Shown here one piece after another: positions 57,665 through 64,000 of a DNA stretch of 64,000 nucleotides. The position numbers and the translations under genes are program-made. The notes below the pieces were generated by a model. That model was not told the origin of the DNA. It saw only the letters and a program-made list of their open reading frames with translations, and did no database searches. This stretch comes from an uncultured Lachnospiraceae bacterium. GTDB taxonomy: Bacteria; Bacillota; Clostridia; Lachnospirales; Lachnospiraceae. The stretch spans positions 54,786 through 118,785 of the forward strand of contig CADBZI010000001.1 in the NCBI GenBank assembly GCA_902799015.1, in the 5' to 3' direction. How positions within the stretch are numbered: the first letter of the stretch is position 1; the number at the start of each line of letters is the position of its first letter.

Positions 57665-59116
57665 TCAAAACCGGAAATAGATGAAGGGATTGTAGGTCCC
57701 TTGCGCGAGATTCAGCATGCAGGCAGCCAAAGCCGCAAGGCTGGCCACAGAAGTCGCCGCCGGATACCATCTCTTCCCGCTCACCAGCCGGCGGACCGGC
57801 AGACACGCAGCCGTGCCCGCAAGCAGCGCCATAATCCGGGATGGGGTCAGGACTGACCAAAGCAAAGCCCCGGCGGCTGCATCCGGCTGCCGGAAGGCTG
57901 TGAACATCTTCGCTGCCATCCCAAACCCCTGCTGCAGTGTGTCTGCGCGGAAGAACACGAATCCCACCATCACCGCTATGATCGTGTAGAGGTGAAGAAG
58001 TTCTTTCTTCAGAACCACCCGGAGCCCGCTGCCGGAATCGGAGCCGCTTCGGCTGCCGGTCCCTCCCGATTGTGCGGCCAGGGCATGCCTTCCCGAAACC
58101 ATGCTTTCCGCCATCAGCAGCATTCCATGATAGAATCCCCAGAACAGGAAAGTCAGATTGGCTCCATGCCAGATACCGCAGGTCAGGAATACCGCAAACT
58201 TATTCAAGATCGTGCGCAGGCGCCCTTTCCGGTTCCCCCCCAGCGGAATATAGAGATACTCCCGCAGCCAGGTCGACAGCGAGATATGCCATCTGTGCCA
58301 GAATTCCGTGATCGAACCGGCAGCATAGGGGTACTGAAAGTTCTCCCGGAAATGAAATCCGAACATTCTGCCCATCCCGATCGCCATATCGGAATATCCG
58401 CTGAAATCAAAATAGATCTGCATCAAATAGGCAAAAGCCGCCAGCCAGGCAGAGGGCATATAGATCTGCGCGGCAGAAGCGCCGAACAAGGTATCTGCGA
58501 TCAGGCCGCAGGAATTCGCGATCAGAACCTTCTTGGCCAGGCCGCAGATCAACCTCCGGATTCCTGCAGCCGTCTCCTCCCCGGTAATGCGCCGGCTCAA
58601 GATCTCACTCTCGATATCCCGGTACTTCACGATCGGTCCCGCGATCAGCTGCGGGAAGAATGAGATATAGAGCATCAGATCAAAAAAGTTCTTCTGCACC
58701 TTGCAGCTGCCCCGGTATACGTCGATGACGTAGGACAACGCCTGAAACGTGTAAAAGGAAATGCCGATCGGCAGAGGAATCGCCGGGACCGGAAGACGCA
58801 GGTGAAGCAGTGCATTTACCAGCTGAACCAGGAATCCTGCGTACTTGAACAGAACAAGAAGTCCGAGGTTCATGATCACAGCACAGATCAGAAAGAACCT
58901 GCTCTTTGGGCTGCCTGCCGTCAGAAGTGCAAGGATCCAGTTCATCAGTCCGCTGGCCAGAAGAAGAATCACATAGACCGGCTCTCCGTATGCATAGAAC
59001 AGAATACTGGCAGCGAGCAGGATCGCATTCTTCCAGCGCACAGATGGAAGAATCAACTGTGCCAGCCATACCGCCGGCAGAAAGATGCAGATAAATACAA
59101 GCGAGCTGAATACCAT
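57665..59116 (-). CDS. MBOAT family O-acyltransferase (AlgI/PatA-like)
   Basis: LPIGISFYTFQ, FFPQLIAGPI, DFSGYSD, FW.RWHISLS, GIWHG, PFIYFRF. Confidence 0.93.
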   Translation of the reverse strand: MVFSSLVFICIFLPAVWLAQLILPSVRWKNAILLAASILFYAYGEPVYVILLLASGLMNWILALLTAGSPKSRFFLICAVIMNLGLLVLFKYAGFLVQLVNALLHLRLPVPAIPLPIGISFYTFQALSYVIDVYRGSCKVQKNFFDLMLYISFFPQLIAGPIVKYRDIESEILSRRITGEETAAGIRRLICGLAKKVLIANSCGLIADTLFGASAAQIYMPSAWLAAFAYLMQIYFDFSGYSDMAIGMGRMFGFHFRENFQYPYAAGSITEFWHRWHISLSTWLREYLYIPLGGNRKGRLRTILNKFAVFLTCGIWHGANLTFLFWGFYHGMLLMAESMVSGRHALAAQSGGTGSRSGSDSGSGLRVVLKKELLHLYTIIAVMVGFVFFRADTLQQGFGMAAKMFTAFRQPDAAAGALLWSVLTPSRIMALLAGTAACLPVRRLVSGKRWYPAATSVASLAALAACMLNLAQGTYNPFIYFRF

Positions 59117-59417
59117 GGTTGACTTTGCCTCATCTTTGTCGTTTCCTGCTCAGAAGCGCCCGGTTCACCCGGTGCATCCTGCGAATCAGAAGGCTGCGCG
59201 CCGCATAAAAGCAGGAATGTTTCATATCATAACACAATTTCCGGCGCTCTGTTCCTTTTTTTGCATATTATCTGACAACTCTATAAATTTTGCGAACATC
59301 TAATTCATTTTTTGATCGAACAGGTGGTTTGCTCAGGCATTCTTCACAAAAATAGATTGCTCCCTGTGTTTTTTGTGATATTCCCACGCGTCCTGAAGCC
59401 TCTTTCCGCAGTCCGGG

Positions 59418-59489
59418 TTTTCCACATTCACCCGGATCCAAGTTCTGCGTGAAGTGGACTTATTCACGGATTTATCCACATTATCCACA
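59418..59489 (+). promoter_or_regulatory. DnaA-box cluster
   Basis: TTATCCACA at 59472 and 59481; one-mismatch boxes TTTTCCACA (59418) and TTATTCACG (59460). Confidence 0.6.
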
Positions 59490-59704
59490 AAAAAGTGCTC
59501 TGAATATCGGTGAATTCCCACTTTGCAGAAGGGATAGGTTCCTTTTGTTGAAAAATGATAAAAATTGCGAACCTGAGAAAAAAACACATTTTGGACTTGA
59601 CAATCGAAGAATAAGTGAATTGACAAAATTGTCTGATATTTCGGTCCGCCAGATCCATCGTACCGATATCCGTCCGTCCTTTGTCCGTTTTTGTATATAT
59701 TAAC

Positions 59705-59730
59705 GGGAGCGAATCCGAAGATCCGCTCCC
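59705..59730 (-). terminator. Hairpin after autolysin gene
   Basis: GGGAGCG...CGCTCCC stem followed by AT-rich sequence. Confidence 0.45.
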
Positions 59731-59753
59731 TTATCATCTCTTGTTTTATCAGA

Positions 59754-61379
59754 TCATACCAGGCGAACCGCAGCTACCGGACTCCTGTAATTGTAGGAGC
59801 TGATCTTGATTCCGGTTTCCGGATTGCTGGCGTGTACCACGGAACCTCCGCCGATGTACAGAGCCACATGTCCGATTCCGCCGCCATTGTCATAGAACAG
59901 CAGGTCACCCGGCTGAAGGTCGCTCAGGGATACCGGTGTTCCGCATCCGCTCTGGGCCGCCGCGTTATGCGGAAGGCCTACTCCGAAGTTTGCGTAAACT
60001 GCCATCGTGAATCCGGAGCAGTCCGCACCGCCTGTCAGGCTCGCTCCGCCGTATACGTACGGGTTGCCGACGAACTGGGTCGCATATGCCGCAACCTGCG
60101 CTCCAAGGCCGGAGCCTGAGGACTCTGAGGTCACCGCTGCCTCGGTCTGAGGTGCCTCGGTCTGAGGCGCTTCTGTCTGAGCCGCTTCTGTCTGCGTTAC
60201 CGTAGTTTCCGCCGCCGTTGTCTCTGTCGTTGCTGCTGTTGTTTCAGTCGCCGCTGTCTCTACCGACGCGACTGTCTGTGTAGAACCGCAAGCCGCAAGG
60301 TAGGCATTGTAGGCATCGATCGCCGCATTTGCCTTCGCAGTCGCATCCGCCTCATCCGTCGCCGTCATGGCTGCGTCCTGTGCTGTCAGGTAAGCCTGGT
60401 ACAGAGCATCCACATCGCCGGAAGAAGTCGTTGTCGTCTGCGTGGAAGGATCCGTATAAGTCGGATCCGTGTAAGTCGGATCGGTATAGGTTGTATCCGC
60501 GGAAGAAGAATCCGTTGAAGCTGCAGCGGCTTCCTGTTCTGCGAGGTACGCTGCATACTGTGCTTCCTGTTCTGCGAGGTATGCCTCATACTGTGCTTCC
60601 TGCTCGGCAACTGCCGCCAGGTACTCCTGCTCCTCACGCTCAGACTGTTCCTGAACCGTCTCACCGGTCGGATAAACCGTCTGCGTATTTACATAATCGG
60701 TCGAAACATAGCCGTATACGCCATTGCCCGTAACAACCTTGACCCAGTCGCCAAGATCTTCCACGACCTCAAGATCCGCGTCCTGGCCGACCATATCGAC
60801 AACCTCTGCATCCTCGGAAGCATCCGCTCTCACATTCAGCGTCTCCGCTCCGACCTGCGCATAGGTATAAGCGGTATCTTTGGCGACCTGCTCTGCTTCC
60901 TCACCGGTCGCGATCAGATAACCTGCCACATAACCCTCGACGTTTCCGGAACGTACCTTATACCAGCCATTCTCATCCACATCTTCAATATAGACCGAAT
61001 CGTTCAGACGCAGTGTTCCGACGACCTCACCCTCGGTATCGCCCGACGCACGGACATTGATGTAATCATCGGCCTTCGCGAAGCCAGTCGTATCAACCAT
61101 GCTCCGGTCAACCGGCGGCTCTGTCTGGGCTTCCGTCTGAGGAGCCTCCGTCTGCGGGGCTTCTGTCTGAGGAGCCTCCGTCTGTGGGGCTTCTGTCTGC
61201 TGGGCCTCTGTCTGGGGCTGAACCGCTTCGGTCTGCGGCTGTACTTTCTTCTCTTCTACCTTCTGGTCCGCGCCAAAGCCCGCCAAAGTCAGTGTGGCTC
61301 CATACGAAGTCCCGATCATGCCGATTGCAAGGCTTGCCGTCAGGGCTGCTGCCGCGTATCCTTTCCATGTCTTTGTCAT
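59754..61379 (-). CDS. Secreted SH3b-SH3b-NlpC/P60 peptidoglycan endopeptidase with PQTEA-repeat linkers
   Basis: INVRA...GWYKV..GYV twice; PYVYGG...DCSGF...GHVALY...HAS. Confidence 0.92.
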   Translation of the reverse strand: MTKTWKGYAAAALTASLAIGMIGTSYGATLTLAGFGADQKVEEKKVQPQTEAVQPQTEAQQTEAPQTEAPQTEAPQTEAPQTEAQTEPPVDRSMVDTTGFAKADDYINVRASGDTEGEVVGTLRLNDSVYIEDVDENGWYKVRSGNVEGYVAGYLIATGEEAEQVAKDTAYTYAQVGAETLNVRADASEDAEVVDMVGQDADLEVVEDLGDWVKVVTGNGVYGYVSTDYVNTQTVYPTGETVQEQSEREEQEYLAAVAEQEAQYEAYLAEQEAQYAAYLAEQEAAAASTDSSSADTTYTDPTYTDPTYTDPSTQTTTTSSGDVDALYQAYLTAQDAAMTATDEADATAKANAAIDAYNAYLAACGSTQTVASVETAATETTAATTETTAAETTVTQTEAAQTEAPQTEAPQTEAAVTSESSGSGLGAQVAAYATQFVGNPYVYGGASLTGGADCSGFTMAVYANFGVGLPHNAAAQSGCGTPVSLSDLQPGDLLFYDNGGGIGHVALYIGGGSVVHASNPETGIKISSYNYRSPVAAVRLV

Positions 61380-61427
61380 TGTCAACACCTCCGAATTGCT
61401 CCCGTTTGTTGCGTAAATGTAATATTT

Positions 61428-61521
61428 ATTACAAATCTATTACATTTCAACTGGTGCTATGATAACAGAACCCCAAGGAGGTGTCAACACATTTTGTAAA
61501 ATTTTGTAATGATTTTGTAAC
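61428..61521 (-). promoter_or_regulatory. sigmaA promoter flanked by WalR-type direct repeats
   Basis: TTGACA-17-TATCAT (61487-61459); TGTAAT-N5-TGTAAT (61444-61428) and TGTAAT-N5-TGTAAC (+ strand, 61505-61521). Confidence 0.6.
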
Positions 61522-61726
61522 AATTAAAAAATGCTCCCGTGCAAGCAAGCTTGCGGGAGCTTTTCAAACGTATGATTCTTATACTATACTCGCCATGTTG
61601 CCAGCTCGCATTCACTTTGCGGCTGCTCGCTGGACGGCTGTCGCCGTATCAGATCAAGAAGCCTGCGGCCTTTTGTGAGCTTCGCTCCCATCGGCCTCGG
61701 CTTCTTGGTCTGCCATGGCTCGTAGC

Positions 61727-62269
61727 TTAGCCAAAGTATCTCTCCAGCAGGCCCTTGAATGCCTTGCCGTGTCTCGCCTCGTCGCGTGCCATCTCGTGGA
61801 CGGTATCATGGATCGCATCCAGGTTGAGCGCCTTCGCTCTCTTAGCCAGGTCCGTCTTGCCCATGGTCGCGCCGTTCTCGGCTTCGACTCTCATCTCAAG
61901 GTTCTTCTTGGTGCTGTCGGTGACAACCTCGCCGAGGAGCTCCGCGAACTTCGCCGCATGCTCAGCCTCTTCGAAGGCTGCCTTCTCCCAGTACAGTCCG
62001 ATCTCAGGATAGCCCTCGCGGAACGCAACGCGGCTCATCGCCAGATACATGCCAACCTCGGAGCACTCACCCGTGAAGTTTGCGCGAAGGTCTTCCTTGA
62101 TATCTTCCGGAGCATCGGAGGCAACGCCGACCACATGCTCAGCAGCCCATGTCATTCCCTCATCCTGCTTCGTGAACTTGCTGGCCGGTGCCTTGCAGAC
62201 CGGACATGCTTCCGGAGCAGTTTCACCCTCATGCACATATCCACATACATTACATACCCATTTTGCCAT
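61727..62269 (-). CDS. Reverse rubrerythrin (NADH peroxidase)
   Basis: N-terminal CNVC...CPVC rubredoxin domain; [24 protein letters not shown]. Confidence 0.93.
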   Translation of the reverse strand: MAKWVCNVCGYVHEGETAPEACPVCKAPASKFTKQDEGMTWAAEHVVGVASDAPEDIKEDLRANFTGECSEVGMYLAMSRVAFREGYPEIGLYWEKAAFEEAEHAAKFAELLGEVVTDSTKKNLEMRVEAENGATMGKTDLAKRAKALNLDAIHDTVHEMARDEARHGKAFKGLLERYFG

Positions 62270-62383
62270 ATCTATTCTCCTTCTTTAATATAATACTTTT
62301 CTTTTTTGCTGCTATGCACATCATAACATTTTGCCCTTGTTGTAACAAGTCAAATCTTCTATCTATGTTGTAAGCAGCGTTTC

Positions 62384-63484
62384 TCAGATACCTACTCTTG
62401 CGAATGCTTCTCCGTAAGGATCCGTGCACAGGCCTTTCTCTGTAATCATGCCTGTGATCAGGTCATGATCCGTCACATCAAAGGCCGGGTTGAATACATC
62501 CACGCCCTCCGGCGCCATGCGTTCCTTGTACCACATCTGCGTGACCTCGTCCGGGTCCCGCATCTCGATGGGAATCTGTCCGCCGTGCGGCGTCTTCAGG
62601 TCGATGGTAGAGCTTGGCGCACACACGTAGAACGGAATTCCATAGTGCTTTGCCAGAATGGCCAGTCCGCTGGTTCCGATCTTGTTCGCGGCGTCTCCGT
62701 TCGCGGCTACACGGTCGCATCCCACAAAGATGATATCGATCTTTCCGGACCGCATCAGCAGGGATGCCATGTTATCGCACTGAACCGTCGTGGTGATCCC
62801 GGAGGAGCTCAGCTCAAAGCTCGTCAGCCTCGCGCCCTGCAGAAGCGGCCTGGTCTCGTCGCAGTACACATGCATATCACTGCCCTTCCAGCCATGCTCC
62901 AGAGCGATATACATCGGAGCCGTCGCGGTTCCGTACTTCGCGGTGGCAAGTGTGCCCGCATTGCAGTGGGTCAGAATGCCGACCGGCTTTCCATCCTTTT
63001 TCAGTTCTTTCAGAAGCCCGAATCCGATCTCTCCGATGTTCCGGCTGATCTGTACGTCTTCCGAGCAGATCGCATCCGCCTCCGTGTAGAGGAGGTCCTT
63101 GATCTCATCCAGGCTCTTGCCTTCCGCATGCGCCTTTTTGACACACTCGTCCATCCGGTTCAGCGCCCAGAACAGGTTCACTGCCGTCGGCCGCGAGGAA
63201 GCGAAGTACTCCTTCAGCTGTGTGAATTCCGCGTAAAATGCGTCGTAGTCCTTTGCTTCAAACTGCGCGGCAAGCACCGCCATGCCATACGCTGCGCTGA
63301 CGCCGATCGCCGGCGCACCGCGCACTCTCAGCTTCTTGATTGCCTCCCAGATCGCCTCCTTCGTCTCCAGGCGGATCCGCCGGATGCATCCCGGCAGAAG
63401 CGTCTGATCGATGATGTCCAATGCCCTGCGGTCCTCGGTCAGCCGCACGCTGAGTACCTGTTCAAAGAACTGTTCTGTGCTCAT
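62384..63484 (-). CDS. mtnA: S-methyl-5-thioribose-1-phosphate isomerase
   Basis: DQTLLP, VRGAPAIG, RPTAVNL, THCNAG, ETRPLLQG, NPAFDVT. Confidence 0.95.
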   Translation of the reverse strand: MSTEQFFEQVLSVRLTEDRRALDIIDQTLLPGCIRRIRLETKEAIWEAIKKLRVRGAPAIGVSAAYGMAVLAAQFEAKDYDAFYAEFTQLKEYFASSRPTAVNLFWALNRMDECVKKAHAEGKSLDEIKDLLYTEADAICSEDVQISRNIGEIGFGLLKELKKDGKPVGILTHCNAGTLATAKYGTATAPMYIALEHGWKGSDMHVYCDETRPLLQGARLTSFELSSSGITTTVQCDNMASLLMRSGKIDIIFVGCDRVAANGDAANKIGTSGLAILAKHYGIPFYVCAPSSTIDLKTPHGGQIPIEMRDPDEVTQMWYKERMAPEGVDVFNPAFDVTDHDLITGMITEKGLCTDPYGEAFARVGI

Positions 63485-63608
63485 CTTCTTTCCCTGCTCC
63501 TCCCATAACGAAGTTTTGTAAGTTGACTTACTGCTTACGAATGCTGATTTTGTACACCCGGCGCTCTGCCGGGACAGCGGTCTGGTATTCTGAAGTATCC
63601 CATCCGCA

Positions 63609-64000
63609 TCATCCACTCTGGCTCCTGGCCTGGTCACGTTCATTTGCCGGGTTCGCAAACTTTGTATATTCCGGCAGCCACACCAGCTCAACATCGCCCA
63701 GAGGGCCATTTCTTTGCTTGCGGATCATGATGTCCGCGATTCCCTGACGCTCACTGTCTTTGTTGTAGTAGTCATCCCGATACAGGAAGATAACCACGTC
63801 CGCATCCTGCTCAATGGCGCCGGATTCTCTCAGGTCGCTCAGCACAGGCCTGTGATCCGGCCTTGTCTCTACCGCACGGGAAAGCTGGCTCAGCGCAATC
63901 ACCGGAACATGCATTTCACGGGCAACCTCCTTCAGTCCGCGGGAGATCTCCGAGATCTCCTGCTGCCTGGAGTCATTTCCCCGGCCGGAGGAGCCCATCA
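63609..64000 (-). CDS. dnaB: Replicative DNA helicase, C-terminal part
   Basis: [28 protein letters not shown]. Confidence 0.95.
   Translation of the reverse strand, partial: MGSSGRGNDSRQQEISEISRGLKEVAREMHVPVIALSQLSRAVETRPDHRPVLSDLRESGAIEQDADVVIFLYRDDYYNKDSERQGIADIMIRKQRNGPLGDVELVWLPEYTKFANPANERDQARSQSG

Noticed and set aside
59418-59489. oriC
   Set aside because: No dnaA, dnaN or rpmH adjacent and only four boxes seen; kept as a DnaA-box cluster.
59333-59737. 134-aa ORF in the intergenic region
   Set aside because: No clear RBS or motif, atypical composition, and it overlaps the DnaA boxes and a terminator-like hairpin.
61120-61240. 15-bp tandem repeats (also near 60140-60190 and 60450-60490)
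   Set aside because: In-frame PQTEA and TYTDP linker repeats of the autolysin; explained by the protein.
63485-63608. SAM riboswitch upstream of mtnA
   Set aside because: No S-box core sequence or terminator recognisable in the 124-bp gap.

Overview
Chromosomal window from a GC-rich Firmicute, most likely a Lachnospiraceae-type clostridium (inferred from gene content). 1-23.1 kb is mostly housekeeping: start of a V-type ATPase operon, a ZorAB/MotAB-like three-gene operon with no recognisable Zorya effector, an NlpC/P60 hydrolase, proC, an S1 protein, sua5, a catalytically dead LMW phosphatase, upp, dCMP deaminase, an LTA-synthase/GtrA/GT2 locus, an M18 aminopeptidase, typA, ispE, greA, trmB and tRNA-Lys(CTT). 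A ~26.8 kb integrative mobilisable element (IME) sits in the tRNA 3' end, bounded by a perfect 46-bp direct repeat (23150-23195 / 49899-49944). Its core is a tyrosine integrase, XRE repressor, excisionase, initiator with internal iterons, MOBQ oriT and relaxase, and two overprinted genes. The same 20-nt motif, in a conserved hairpin, precedes both int and rep. The cargo is a deletion-scarred metal-homeostasis set with DtxR-type boxes, 7 SAM methyltransferases or fragments, 4 'ATC hydrolase' domains, 4 paralogous DxxxxD membrane proteins, flavodoxin, a ZIP transporter, a ZinT-like protein and truncated ABC and P-type transporters. Beyond attR lie gene scraps and relic arm-type sites, then secreted peptidases, an MBOAT/SGNH acetylation pair, a DnaA-box cluster, an SH3-NlpC/P60 autolysin, reverse rubrerythrin, mtnA and the 3' end of dnaB. 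All calls come from reading motifs by eye; no database search was run.
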